Assembly: GCA_965219385.1 (NCBI GenBank)
Contig: CBDCNM010000002.1
Span: 4,040,305 to 4,104,304 of the forward strand
Origin: Candidatus Latescibacterota bacterium
GTDB taxonomy: Bacteria > Latescibacterota > UBA2968 > UBA8231
Direction: 5' to 3'
DNA length: 64,000 nt
The position numbers were made by a program, and so were the translations under genes. The number at the start of each line of letters is the position of its first letter. Within the stretch, counting starts at the first letter, position 1. The notes under the pieces were generated by a model that ran no database searches, had not been told where the DNA came from, and saw only the letters and a list, made by a program, of their open reading frames with translations. Below are positions 50,538-60,812 of this stretch, one piece after another.

Positions 50538-53500
50538 ATGAAGGCGTATACCATTCCGCTCAGCTTGTTGGGGGCCGGGCTGATCCTGGCGGGCGGCCTG
50601 GCCTATCTCATCAGTTCCGAACCCGGATGGGGGGTCTTTCTCAACCTTGGCCTGGGGGCTGTCCTGGGCATCGCCATGGGGATTCTCAACCCGGATCTGT
50701 TTCGCCACTACGGCAACTGGTTGAACGCCATCTGGGGCAGCATCATGGTCCTCGGCATTGCCGTCATGGTGAATTTTCTGGCCGATCTCTACCCCGGGCG
50801 TTTCGATCTTACCGCGGGGAGGTTGCACAGCCTGTCCGATCTGACCGTAGAAACCCTCGAAGGGTTGCCGCGGGAAGTCAGCGCCCTGGCCTTCATGGAA
50901 CAGGGAACGGACGAACAACTCGAAAGCCTGCTGAAAGGCTATGCCGTCCACAGCGACCGTTTTAACTACGAATTCATCGATCCCGACAAGGATCCGGAGC
51001 GCACCGCCGAATACGGGGTGCGGCGCTATAACACCCTAGTTATCGAGGCGGGAGACAAGCGAGAACAGATAACGGAGTTAAAGGAAAAGGAAATAACCAA
51101 TGCCCTGCTCAAGGTAGTGAGGGATCGACGCGAGGTGATTTACCTGAGCGCCGGACATGGAGAGAGGGGCCTGGGGGGCGGGGAGCAGGACTTTGGCCTG
51201 GTACAGCAGCGTCTCGAGGAGATCAATTACACGGTCGAGGACTCGCTGCTCCTGGCCCGCACCGGTGCCGTTCCACGGGATTGTGCGGTCCTGGTGATTG
51301 CCGGCCCGCAGACGCCTTTCCTGGCCAACGAGGTCGAGGCGGTGCGTCGATTCCTCGAAGAGGGCGGCGCCGTACTGGCCTTTCTCGATCCCCTGTACGA
51401 GAGCGGGTTGGGGGCGATCCTGCGCCAATGGGGCGTCGAAGTGGGGGATGATTTTGTCATCGACACCAGTGGTATCGGCAGTCTCTTCGGTCTCGATTTT
51501 ACCACGCCGGTCTCGGTGAAATATGGCGAGCATCCCATCACCCGAAAGCACCAGGGACTTATGACCTTTTACCAGCTGGTGCGCTCGGTGCACTTCCAGG
51601 CACGAGGACGCAGCGATATCGAAGGGGTGGAACTGGCCACCACCAGCGCCGAGGGATGGGCGGAAACCGATCTGAGCGTCTTGCGGACCAAGGGCAAAAG
51701 AACGGTGCGTATGGACGAGGGTGCGGATCGGTCCGGCCCGGTCGGCCTCAGTGTGGCGGTCAGAAAGGTCACCGGGGGGGACGAACCAGGGGGGCGGCTT
51801 GTGGTCTTCGGAGATTCGGACTTTGCCACCAATTTCTACTTCAATCAGCAAGGCAATGGAGACCTGGCGCTCAATGCCCTGAGCTGGCTAGCAGAGGACG
51901 AGAGCCTGATTTCGATCCGGCCGCGCGCGGCCGGATTCAATCCCATTGCCCTCACCGAAAGCCAGGCCGATTGGATTTTCTGGATCAGTGTGGTGCTCTT
52001 TCCATTGCTCATAGCGTTAATCGGAGTTGCAGTGGTCTCCCGCAAGGGGCGCTGGAGTCTGGCCGATCTGGGAGCGGCTGGCCTGGGGGTGGTTCTGTCT
52101 CTGGGGGTCGTGGGGCTGGTCAATTATCTGGGCGAACACTACCACTGGCGGCTGGACCTGACCCAGGACAAGCTCTTCACCCTGTCGCCGAAAACCCGGG
52201 ACCTGATCGAACCGCTGGAGGAGCGCGGGCGTTTTGTTGCGGTGAAGACCTTCGCGTCCGAGATGATGGGGATGCGGTTCAAAGAAATCCTCGATGAATA
52301 CAAGTACCTGTCGCGGAATTTTGACTACGAGATGCTCGACCCGCAAAAAAGCGCCCTGGAAGTCAAGCAGTTCGGGATTCGGGAACGCGGCACGTCCATC
52401 ATCGAAGTAACCGGGGACGGCAAGGTCCGCATCGAACGGATCACCGAGCAATCAGAAGAAGCTCTGAGCAACGCCATTCAGCGCGCCCTCAAGGCCGAGG
52501 ACCTGAAGATCTACTTTACGGGTGGACACCAGGAAGGGCAATTGAGTCAGGTGGACGAAGAGGGGTTCAGCATCCTCAAGGGACGCCTCAAGGATATGAA
52601 CTTCGAGGTTGAGGAAGGACTGGAATTAGGCCGTGGAGAGGCCCCCGAGGACGCGACAATCCTGGCCGTGCTGAGCCCGAAGACGAGATTTTCACCAGCG
52701 GAAGCCGAGGCCATCCAGGTCCATTTGCTACAGGGCAAGAGCGCGCTGTTTCTCCTGGATCCGGGGATCGAGACCGGTCTGGAGGAACTGTTGGACGAAT
52801 ACTCGATCGAACTGGGGCAGGACTTTGTCGTGGATGCCAGCGGGCTGGGGCAGCTGCTTCTGGGAGCCGATGTTTCCGTGCCGGTGGTGACCCAGTACGG
52901 CAACCACCCCATTACCGAAAAGATTCAGCAGGGGGTCATGAGCTTTTTCCCCTGGGCGCGCTCGGTGTCGGTGGCCGCGCACCGCCGGCTGAATCCGGAT
53001 ATTGCGGTCTTGCTCTCCAGCCATCAGAGCAGCTGGGGAGAAACGGATCTGGGCCCACTGGATGGCAGTGGAGACGGCAAGGTGGCTTTTGACGCCGCGG
53101 TAGATCTGCGAGGACCTGTGCCTCTTGGGCTGGCCGTAAAGGCCGATGCGGATACCGCTTTAGCTGCCGCGGAGAAAACCAGGATCGCGATCTTCGGCGA
53201 TGCGGATTTTGCCACCAACCAGTACTTTGGCCAGCAGGCTAATGGGGAGCTTTTGGCCAGCAGTATTTCCTGGTTGGCCGAGGGAGAGGACAAACTGGCC
53301 ATTCCCCGTAAAGAGCCGCGTGCAAGCCCCATAATGCTGGCCGGTACACAGGCTACCACCATCCTCTGGGTATCGGTTTTCATCCTGCCTTTTGCCATTG
53401 CCCTCTCGGGCCTGGTCATGTTGTTGCGGCGCGGCTATGAAACCTACGCGAGCGGGTTCATAGCCTGGCTGCTTTACACCTTTTTAGGCACGGCCGTTTT

Positions 53501-53774
53501 TTATTTTTTCACTGGCGTCATTCACCTCGGTGAAGACGACCTCCTGGCCGGCCAGGGCTATCTGGTCCTGAGCCTGTTCAGCGCAGCGATCAGTTATGGT
53601 CTCTACCGACGGGATATGCGGGTCTGGTGGCTGGCCTTGGTCCTGGCGATTTTTAATGCCGGGATCGGATTTGTCGCCATCCCCATTGACACCGTCCAGT
53701 GGCTTTATGCCGCGCTGTTCATGGTCAACGCAGCGATTCTGGTGATTCTCGTATGGATTAAGAAAGCATTTTAA
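50538..53774 (+). CDS. GldG-family ABC auxiliary protein with two tandem GldG modules and extra C-terminal TM helices
   Basis: Duplicated motifs R.DLT...SLS..T, GH.E and FGD.DFATN...N..L....SWL. Confidence 0.8.
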   Translation: MKAYTIPLSLLGAGLILAGGLAYLISSEPGWGVFLNLGLGAVLGIAMGILNPDLFRHYGNWLNAIWGSIMVLGIAVMVNFLADLYPGRFDLTAGRLHSLSDLTVETLEGLPREVSALAFMEQGTDEQLESLLKGYAVHSDRFNYEFIDPDKDPERTAEYGVRRYNTLVIEAGDKREQITELKEKEITNALLKVVRDRREVIYLSAGHGERGLGGGEQDFGLVQQRLEEINYTVEDSLLLARTGAVPRDCAVLVIAGPQTPFLANEVEAVRRFLEEGGAVLAFLDPLYESGLGAILRQWGVEVGDDFVIDTSGIGSLFGLDFTTPVSVKYGEHPITRKHQGLMTFYQLVRSVHFQARGRSDIEGVELATTSAEGWAETDLSVLRTKGKRTVRMDEGADRSGPVGLSVAVRKVTGGDEPGGRLVVFGDSDFATNFYFNQQGNGDLALNALSWLAEDESLISIRPRAAGFNPIALTESQADWIFWISVVLFPLLIALIGVAVVSRKGRWSLADLGAAGLGVVLSLGVVGLVNYLGEHYHWRLDLTQDKLFTLSPKTRDLIEPLEERGRFVAVKTFASEMMGMRFKEILDEYKYLSRNFDYEMLDPQKSALEVKQFGIRERGTSIIEVTGDGKVRIERITEQSEEALSNAIQRALKAEDLKIYFTGGHQEGQLSQVDEEGFSILKGRLKDMNFEVEEGLELGRGEAPEDATILAVLSPKTRFSPAEAEAIQVHLLQGKSALFLLDPGIETGLEELLDEYSIELGQDFVVDASGLGQLLLGADVSVPVVTQYGNHPITEKIQQGVMSFFPWARSVSVAAHRRLNPDIAVLLSSHQSSWGETDLGPLDGSGDGKVAFDAAVDLRGPVPLGLAVKADADTALAAAEKTRIAIFGDADFATNQYFGQQANGELLASSISWLAEGEDKLAIPRKEPRASPIMLAGTQATTILWVSVFILPFAIALSGLVMLLRRGYETYASGFIAWLLYTFLGTAVFYFFTGVIHLGEDDLLAGQGYLVLSLFSAAISYGLYRRDMRVWWLALVLAIFNAGIGFVAIPIDTVQWLYAALFMVNAAILVILVWIKKAF

Positions 53775-53787
53775 CAAGGAGTAAACG

Positions 53788-55170
53788 ATGAGATTGAAGA
53801 CCAATCTGGTAATCGGTCTTATCTTCTTGGGACTGTTGGGATACGTCTACCTCTACGAGATCAAGGGCAGGGAAGAAGAGCGAGAAGCCGCTGAAAAATC
53901 AAAACAATTGCTGGACTTCAGCGGATCCGAGGCCGAAAGGCTGGTCATTGACCGGGGAGATACCACAGTCGTTGTGGAAAATCAGCAGGATGGCTGGGCG
54001 CTGGTGGAACCGGTGCAAAGCAGCGCCGACCAGTCCGCGGTTGAGCGCTACCTGAGCAACTTGAGCGAAACCCAACGTGAACGCGTGATCGCCGACAGTG
54101 CCGCGGTGCTGGCAGATGGAGATCTGGCGGGTAAGTACCAGCTGCAGTCTCCTCGCCTTAAAGTCCTGCTCGAGACCGAAGAAATCACTATGGATACCCT
54201 GTTCTTCGGCGCCGACAGCCCCACCGAAACCTACGTGTACGTGCAACAAGGCGGTGATAATCCACAAATCTTCACGGTGCGTGCCTGGCGCTTCGACAAC
54301 CTGGACAAAGGGGTTTTCGACCTGAGGGATCGCCGCGTGTTGAATTTTTATGCGGACGAGCTACGGGAGGTCCGCCTGGCTTATGTGGGCAGTCAGATCA
54401 CCATTGGGATAGGGGAGGAAGATGAATGGCGCCTGCAGAGCCCGGTCGAGGCGCCGGTGGATGAGGAGGAAGTGGACAAACTGCTCAACGTCCTGGAGGA
54501 TGCCAAAATCGAAGAGTTTGTCGAGGAGGAGCCCAACGAACAGGCCCTGGCCCTGCACGGGCTGGCACCGTCTGCCCTGGAGGTGAGCCTGCTGGTAGGC
54601 GAGAACCGCGCGGAAAAGCGTCTCTCCATTGGTTCCCAGGAGGGCAGTCGTTATTACGCCAAAGACTCGAGTCGGGCCCCGATCTTCCAGGTAGACTCGA
54701 CCCTGGTACAAGCCTTGCAGAAGCGGGTCTTTGACCTGCGCGACAAAGAGCCCCTCAAGTTCGATAAGGACGCTGTCACGGGTATCGAACTGTATGGCAG
54801 CGAGGCAGAGATCATTGCCGCGAAGGACACCTCCGGGACCTGGACCCTGGTCGAACCAGCAGGGCGCGAAGCCAAGTCCTGGAAATTGACCCGCATGCTG
54901 AGCGATCTGGAAGGGGTAGAGGTCAAAGAATTCGTTCGCGATGATGTGGAAGACCTGACGAAGTATGGACTTGCGGATCCACAGGTGCGCATCCGCTTGC
55001 TGGCAGAGAACGAAGAGGTGATGGAGGTCCGTGTGGGCACGGAAAAGGAGGGCATGGTTCATCTGACTCGAATCGGGGTGCCTTCGGTCTACCTGGTAGA
55101 GCGAAAGGTCCTCAGAAATCTGGACCAGAAACTGGATGAGGTCTCCCGGCTCCCCCAGGCCGCGGATTGA
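53788..55170 (+). CDS. DUF4340-family membrane-anchored protein
   Basis: N-terminal TM anchor, three internal repeats (W.L..P, YGL..P) and two FDLRD linkers; usual partner of GldAFG-like systems. Confidence 0.75.
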   Translation: MRLKTNLVIGLIFLGLLGYVYLYEIKGREEEREAAEKSKQLLDFSGSEAERLVIDRGDTTVVVENQQDGWALVEPVQSSADQSAVERYLSNLSETQRERVIADSAAVLADGDLAGKYQLQSPRLKVLLETEEITMDTLFFGADSPTETYVYVQQGGDNPQIFTVRAWRFDNLDKGVFDLRDRRVLNFYADELREVRLAYVGSQITIGIGEEDEWRLQSPVEAPVDEEEVDKLLNVLEDAKIEEFVEEEPNEQALALHGLAPSALEVSLLVGENRAEKRLSIGSQEGSRYYAKDSSRAPIFQVDSTLVQALQKRVFDLRDKEPLKFDKDAVTGIELYGSEAEIIAAKDTSGTWTLVEPAGREAKSWKLTRMLSDLEGVEVKEFVRDDVEDLTKYGLADPQVRIRLLAENEEVMEVRVGTEKEGMVHLTRIGVPSVYLVERKVLRNLDQKLDEVSRLPQAAD

Positions 55171-55173
55171 GCT

Positions 55174-56130
55174 ATGATACCACCGCGGGCTTTCTTGCTG
55201 GTGGTGGGCATCTCACTGGTCAGCCCGGTCCAGGCCCCGGCGCTCACCCCTGAGGCAGAAGCCAGAATTGACACGGCCAGAGCCACCCTGGGCGATCCCA
55301 TTCTCTTGCAACTCCATCTCCGCCATCGCTCCAATGAAAGGCCTGTCCTGCCCCAGTTGGCCGGGTTGATGCAGGATATCGCGGTGCAGGAAAAAGGAAA
55401 AATTGGACCGCGGCACCTGGATGAAGGCGGGGTGGAGACCATCCTGGAGTACGAACTGAGGCCCTATGCCCTGGGCCGGCGGGAAATACCTTCCCTGCCC
55501 GTGCGCTTCATTCGGGCATCCGGCGATACCTTGCTGCGCAAAACCCTGCCTCTAAAATTAGAGGTTCTCAGCGTGCGTCAGGAAGGTGAAGAGGGCCTGC
55601 GAGATATCAAACCACCGCTGGAGATTCCCGGAGGGATTCCGCTATGGCTGGCAGGTATGCTAGCCGCGCTGGTTGTGGTCGCCTTTGTCGTCGGTCTCTT
55701 GTGGGTATTGGACCGCCGCAAAAAACAACCCGAAACACAACCTCCGGCACCCCTGGTGGACTACGCTGCGGAATTTGTCCGCATCGCCGGAATGGGGCTC
55801 CTGGAGCGCGGGGAAATCAAGACCTATTACTCCTTGCTGTCCGATAACCTGCGACGTTATCTGGAAAAAAGTCTGGGTATCGATGCACTGGAGCAGACCA
55901 CCAGTGAAATTACCTGGAGTCTGAGGCAGGCGGGTACCAAAGGCAGCATCATCCAGGAGGTTGCGAACTTTCTCGTTGCCGCCGACCTGGTGAAATTCGC
56001 TCGCTTTGTTCCCGAACTCGAAAACGCGCGACGCGCTCCCGCGGCAGGGATGGCCATTGTTCGAACCGTGGAAGCCATCAAAGCCGAACGAGAGGAACAG
56101 GAGCGCGCAGCCGCTCAATCCGTCACCTGA
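55174..56130 (+). CDS. Bat-operon accessory membrane protein (BatD-like N-domain, DUF4381-like TM region)
   Basis: Signal peptide, LRDIKPP before a TM helix, YY..LS..LRRYLE, ALEQTT.E, ADLVKFA. Confidence 0.7.
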   Translation: MIPPRAFLLVVGISLVSPVQAPALTPEAEARIDTARATLGDPILLQLHLRHRSNERPVLPQLAGLMQDIAVQEKGKIGPRHLDEGGVETILEYELRPYALGRREIPSLPVRFIRASGDTLLRKTLPLKLEVLSVRQEGEEGLRDIKPPLEIPGGIPLWLAGMLAALVVVAFVVGLLWVLDRRKKQPETQPPAPLVDYAAEFVRIAGMGLLERGEIKTYYSLLSDNLRRYLEKSLGIDALEQTTSEITWSLRQAGTKGSIIQEVANFLVAADLVKFARFVPELENARRAPAAGMAIVRTVEAIKAEREEQERAAAQSVT

Positions 56131-56136
56131 TACCCT

Positions 56137-57141
56137 ATGGACCTGGTCCGATTTGAATCGCCCGAGTGGTTGGCCCTGCTGCTGCTGTTGCCGTTGCTGG
56201 TCCATCGCTACTTGCGAGAAGATCGGCGCGGCAAGGGCAGTATCCGCTTTTCAGACCTGGGCGTCTTGCGTGCGGCAGGGACCACCCTCTGGACCCGTTT
56301 CAGGCACATCCTCATTGTTTTCAAGGTGTTAGGCCTGGCCTGCCTGATCCTGGCCATGGCGCGACCCCAGGCAGGTCGAGAGACGCGCCAGACATCGGCT
56401 GATGGCATCGACATCATGCTGACCCTGGATGTGTCGAGCAGCATGGAGCTGAACGATCTGGACGAGGGGGAAAAAAGCCGCTTGCAGGTCGCCAAAGAGG
56501 TTATCGCCGAGTTTATCGCCGGGCGTCACAGCGACCGTATAGGCATGGTGGTGTTTGCCGGTGAGAGCTTTACGCAGTGTCCCTTGACTCTCGACTACAG
56601 CATCCTACAGGATTTTCTGGGGGGCATCGAAATCGCCCAGGAGGCCTGGGATGGTACTGCTATCGGCATGGCGCTGATCAATGCCTGCAATCGTCTGCAC
56701 GATTCGGCCGCCGAGAGCAAGGTGGTCATCCTACTCACCGATGGAGTGAACAACAAAGGTGAGATCGACCCACTAACAGCAGCGGATGTGGCCGCGGCAG
56801 TGGGCATTCGGGTCTACACCATCGGGGTGGGTAGCGATGGGGCCGTGAGGCGCCCCATCCAGGGTATTTTCGGCACTCGCTACCAGACCGTGCAGGTGGA
56901 AATCGACGAGGAAATTCTCCGAGCGGTCGCCGCCCGCACCAGGGGGAAATACTACCAGGCTACCAGCGAAAAGAAGCTGGAGGAGATCTACCAGGAAATC
57001 AGCCAGCTGGAGACCACGAAAATCGAGACGCAGGTACACGTGGACTATGCGGAACGCTTTGCCCATTTCCTCTGGGCTGGTTTGTTATTCCTGGTGGGTG
57101 AAACGATTCTGGCGAATACCCGTTTCCGCCGCATTCCCTGA
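56137..57141 (+). CDS. batA: BatA-like VWA-domain protein
   Basis: F..P.WL.LL N-terminal TM, LAMARPQ, MIDAS DVSSSM, DRIGMVVFAG, PLT.D, GTAIG, ILLTDG.NN.G. Confidence 0.88.
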   Translation: MDLVRFESPEWLALLLLLPLLVHRYLREDRRGKGSIRFSDLGVLRAAGTTLWTRFRHILIVFKVLGLACLILAMARPQAGRETRQTSADGIDIMLTLDVSSSMELNDLDEGEKSRLQVAKEVIAEFIAGRHSDRIGMVVFAGESFTQCPLTLDYSILQDFLGGIEIAQEAWDGTAIGMALINACNRLHDSAAESKVVILLTDGVNNKGEIDPLTAADVAAAVGIRVYTIGVGSDGAVRRPIQGIFGTRYQTVQVEIDEEILRAVAARTRGKYYQATSEKKLEEIYQEISQLETTKIETQVHVDYAERFAHFLWAGLLFLVGETILANTRFRRIP

Positions 57142-57152
57142 GGTTTCTGATC

Positions 57153-58175
57153 GTGCGTTTTGGCAACCCGGTTCACTTCTGGTTCCTGCTCTTGCTGCCC
57201 CTGTTGGGTTTGTTTTTTTTGTGGGCCCTGATGCGCAAGCGGCAGGCCCTGGAGGTTTTTGCCAGTACGACACTGAGGGCCAAGCTGACCCAGAACGTGA
57301 GCCATCGCCGCCAGTACGGAAAATACATGTTCCTGCTGGCCGGTGTCCTGTTCCTGGTCCTGGCCTTGACTGCACCTCAATTCGGCGCCAAACCGACCAT
57401 GGCCCAGCGCCGGGGGGTGGATGTGATGGTCTTGCTGGACGTGTCGCGCAGTATGCTGGCCCAGGATTTAAAACCCAGTCGCCTCGAGCGGGCTAAGTAC
57501 CAGATAGGGCACTTGCTCGACCGGCTGCACGGAGATAGGGTCGGATTGGTGGTATTTGCAGGTCAGGCCTTCGTGCAATGTCCTCTTACCCTGGATTATG
57601 GGGCTATACAGATGTTTCTGGACATTGTCGACACCACTACCATCCCGGTGCAGGGGACAGCCATTGGGGAAGCTCTCGAACTGGCCGTACGCAGTTTTAC
57701 CGAAGAGGACCAGCACAAGGTCGTCATCTTGTTTACGGATGGAGAAGATCACCTGGGTGATCCGTTACAGGTGGCCGAGAAGCTGGCTGAAGAAGGAGCA
57801 CGGTTTTTCGCCGTAGGGCTGGGAACCGCGGACGGCGAACTGATTCCCGGGCTGGAGGAAGGCGCCGGATTGAGCTACCACAAGGATCGCCAGGGGCAGT
57901 ACGTCAAAACGAGGTTGGACGAGGCTACCCTCAGGCAAATAGCCCTGGCCACCGACGGAGACTATTTCCGCAGCAGTCTGCAGGGAGGGGAGCTCGACGC
58001 GATCGGCGAACACATTGCTCAGATGGACCAGAAAGACTTCGGGGTCGCGCGTTTTACCCGGTACAAAGAGCGTTTCCAGATTCCGCTCTTCCTGGCTCTG
58101 GTTTGTTTCACAATCGAGGCCTTGATGGCGGACCGGCGGCGCCGTCAGGAGGAATGGCGAGGGCGTTTCGCATGA
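57153..58175 (+). CDS. batB: BatB-like VWA-domain protein
   Basis: LDVSRSMLAQDLKPSRLERAK, DRVGLVVFAG, PLT.D, FTDGEDH, V.TRLDE..L. Confidence 0.88.
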   Translation: MRFGNPVHFWFLLLLPLLGLFFLWALMRKRQALEVFASTTLRAKLTQNVSHRRQYGKYMFLLAGVLFLVLALTAPQFGAKPTMAQRRGVDVMVLLDVSRSMLAQDLKPSRLERAKYQIGHLLDRLHGDRVGLVVFAGQAFVQCPLTLDYGAIQMFLDIVDTTTIPVQGTAIGEALELAVRSFTEEDQHKVVILFTDGEDHLGDPLQVAEKLAEEGARFFAVGLGTADGELIPGLEEGAGLSYHKDRQGQYVKTRLDEATLRQIALATDGDYFRSSLQGGELDAIGEHIAQMDQKDFGVARFTRYKERFQIPLFLALVCFTIEALMADRRRRQEEWRGRFA

Positions 58176-59029
58176 AGGCCTGGTTGATTTTTGGGACGTT
58201 GAGCTGGTTGGTGCTGACCGGCGCGACCGTCGGGGACCCGGTGGCCTCCAAAGGGGCTGAAGCTAAAAAGCACTACGAGCGTGGGGAGTACGAAGAGGCT
58301 CTCAGACTCTACCGAGATGCCCAGTTGGAGGACCCGGATTCTCCGCTGCTCCACTTCAATGTCGGAGACGCCCTGTTCAAGCTGGAGGATTATCCAGCCG
58401 CCCTGCAGGAGTTCAAAGCGGCCCTCGAGGATGCGGGTCCTGGACTGCGGGGCCAGGCTCTGTACAATGTGGGTAACCTACTTTTTCAGCAGCGGGAATT
58501 CGCTCCGGCGGTCGAAGCCTACAAAGAGGCGCTGGATCTGGATTCCGGAGACCTGGATGCCAAGGCGAATCTGGAGTTGGCACTGCAATACCTGCAGGAG
58601 CAACAGCAACAGCAAGACCAACAACAGCAACAGCAAGACCAACAACAACAACAACAGCAACAACAACAGCAACAACAACAACAGCAACAGCAAGACCAAC
58701 AACAACAACAGCAACAACAACAACAACAACAGCAAGACCAACAACAGCAAGACCAACAACAGCAAGACCAACAACAACAACAACAGCAACAACAACAACA
58801 ACAGCAACAACAACAACAGCAACAACAACAACAGCAAGCCCGGCAAGCCCAGGCTGACGAATCCGATACGGAGGATCAGCCGCCAGGACAAGCTGCGGAG
58901 ACAGATGAGGAGATACACATGGCGTCGGAAGAGGCCGAACGGATCTTGGCTGCTCTCGAGGATCGGGAAAAGCAGGCCCAGAAGCGCCGATTCAGGGGGA
59001 TGAGCGGAGCCCAAGAGAAGGATTGGTAG
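58172..59029 (+). CDS. batC: BatC-like TPR protein with a poly-Gln linker
   Basis: TPRs (FNVGDALFK, YNVGN, AKANLELA), Q-rich linker, C-terminal AERILAAL...EKDW; ATG overlaps the batB stop. Confidence 0.85.
   Translation: MKAWLIFGTLSWLVLTGATVGDPVASKGAEAKKHYERGEYEEALRLYRDAQLEDPDSPLLHFNVGDALFKLEDYPAALQEFKAALEDAGPGLRGQALYNVGNLLFQQREFAPAVEAYKEALDLDSGDLDAKANLELALQYLQEQQQQQDQQQQQQDQQQQQQQQQQQQQQQQQQDQQQQQQQQQQQQQDQQQQDQQQQDQQQQQQQQQQQQQQQQQQQQQQQARQAQADESDTEDQPPGQAAETDEEIHMASEEAERILAALEDREKQAQKRRFRGMSGAQEKDW
58601..58837 (+). repeat. CAA/CAG trinucleotide microsatellite encoding 73 Gln and 6 Asp
   Basis: 237 bp of CAA/CAG codons interrupted by six GAC codons. Confidence 0.95.
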
Positions 59030-59030
59030 T

Positions 59031-60812
59031 ATGGGGGCACAAGGACGGACTTGGGTCGGATTGGGGCTGGCCTGCCTTGCGGCCATGCAGGTGGAGGCCC
59101 TTCAGGTCGACTTTCAGGCATCGGTGGATCGCACCCGCGTCTACCAGAGCGATCCGATCTATCTGACCCTTAAAATTACCACGGACGAGATCATTGGACA
59201 CATGCCCACTCCCGAGCTGGCGCCTGGGGATTTCGATGTGGAGGGGCCGGATATCAGCACCCAGCAACAGGTGAACATAGTAAACTCCCGGATTCAAGCC
59301 ACCTATATAAGAAAATTGAAATACGCCCTGTATCCTCGGCGCAAGGGCAGGATCACCATAGGTCCGGCTCGTCTCAAACTGGGGAGCAAGATCTATCAGA
59401 CCCGGGCCATTGAGGTGGAGGTCGTCGCCGGATCCAAGCGCGAGATCGGCATCGAGGACAAACTCTTTGTACAGGTCGACAGCGACCGCGAGCAGGCCTA
59501 TGTAGGCCAGCAGGTCACCCTGGACTACGAACTCTACTACGGGTATCAACTCTACGACGTGGGCTTCAAGGAAATTCCATCCTTTTCGGGTTTCTGGGTC
59601 AAAGATTTGTTTGTGGCTCAACAATTGCAGGCCCGCCAGGAAGTGGTCAACGGGGTACGGTTTAATGTGGCCTCCCTGAGGCGGACGGCCTTGTTTCCCA
59701 CCAGCGCCGGATTGCACCGGGTGGAGCCCCTGGCCATTTCCTGCGAGGTGTCCACCAGGAGGCGGCGCCGCAGTCTATTTGACGATTTTGGCTTTGGCCG
59801 GTCTACCAGACCGGTAGTGGTGCGCAGCAGAGCAGTAGAAATCGAGGTTTTGCCCCTGCCCAAGGAAGGGCAGCCCGTGGATTTCACCGGTGCGGTGGGC
59901 AGATTCTCCCTGCAGGTCCTGGCCCAACCCCGCGATCTTCCCGTGGGCGATCCCGTGACCCTCAGGGTGGAGATCAAGGGCCAGGGGAATATGGCGAAAG
60001 TCAGGTCTCCCGATCTGGATGGGGTGGAGGGATTCAAGGCCTATGACCCGAAAGTAGAAGAAAGAGAGGAGGTGGAAAGCGGACTGTACGGGGGAAGCCG
60101 GATCTTCGAATACATTTTGATTCCGGAACGGGGAGGGCACCTGGGAATCCCCGCCATCCGCTTCGCCTACTTTGACCCATATCTTGCTTCCTACCAGATC
60201 GCTCAGTCCACTCCTGTAAGCATCGCGAGCCGGGGAACCCTCGCCACAGATGAAGATCCGGGGTATGGATTGAGCCGCAAAGATATCCAGGCGGTCGGCC
60301 AGGATATCCGGCATATCAAGCCGGACTTGCAGGAACTCGAGCATCAAACCTTGCTGTACAAAAGTGGGGGTTTCTGGGCTTTTCAGGGTATGATGCCGCT
60401 GGCCTTTCTGGGGCTATTGCTCTACCAGCGGCACAAGCAACGCCTGGAAGGGGATGTGGCCTATGCTCGCCGCCGGGGGGCCAAGGGGGCGGCAAGCAAG
60501 CGCTTAGAGCACTCGCGAGAGTTGTTGCGGGAGGAAGATTTCACCGGGTTTCACGCCGAGATCCAGCGGGCGATAACCGCCTTCCTGGCGGACCAGCTGA
60601 ACTCTACTGCGGCTTCCCTGACCAGCGGCGAGACCTGTGCGGCAAGGCTGCTGGAGAGGGGAGTGGAGCGCAAGACCATCGATATGGTAGTCGACTTGCT
60701 GGCCCAATGCGACTTTGCTCGTTTTGCCCCGACTCCCTCTACCAGGGAGGATATGGCACGGGTTCAAAAGCAGGCCGGGCAGATCATCGCCAGCCTGGAA
60801 AGGATGACCTGA
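59031..60812 (+). CDS. batD: BatD-like protein
   Basis: Signal peptide, ASVDRT, YVGQQV, FTGAVGRF, YFDP, DIRHIK before a TM helix, C-terminal CDFARFAP. Confidence 0.85.
   Translation: MGAQGRTWVGLGLACLAAMQVEALQVDFQASVDRTRVYQSDPIYLTLKITTDEIIGHMPTPELAPGDFDVEGPDISTQQQVNIVNSRIQATYIRKLKYALYPRRKGRITIGPARLKLGSKIYQTRAIEVEVVAGSKREIGIEDKLFVQVDSDREQAYVGQQVTLDYELYYGYQLYDVGFKEIPSFSGFWVKDLFVAQQLQARQEVVNGVRFNVASLRRTALFPTSAGLHRVEPLAISCEVSTRRRRRSLFDDFGFGRSTRPVVVRSRAVEIEVLPLPKEGQPVDFTGAVGRFSLQVLAQPRDLPVGDPVTLRVEIKGQGNMAKVRSPDLDGVEGFKAYDPKVEEREEVESGLYGGSRIFEYILIPERGGHLGIPAIRFAYFDPYLASYQIAQSTPVSIASRGTLATDEDPGYGLSRKDIQAVGQDIRHIKPDLQELEHQTLLYKSGGFWAFQGMMPLAFLGLLLYQRHKQRLEGDVAYARRRGAKGAASKRLEHSRELLREEDFTGFHAEIQRAITAFLADQLNSTAASLTSGETCAARLLERGVERKTIDMVVDLLAQCDFARFAPTPSTREDMARVQKQAGQIIASLERMT

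Noticed and set aside
48802..53774. Gliding motility locus
   Set aside because: GldAFG-like ABC systems occur widely in non-gliding bacteria, and no gldK-N or spr genes are present.
58281..59086. Poly-Asn ORF (+) and poly-Leu ORF (-)
   Set aside because: They are alternative readings of the CAA/CAG microsatellite inside batC.
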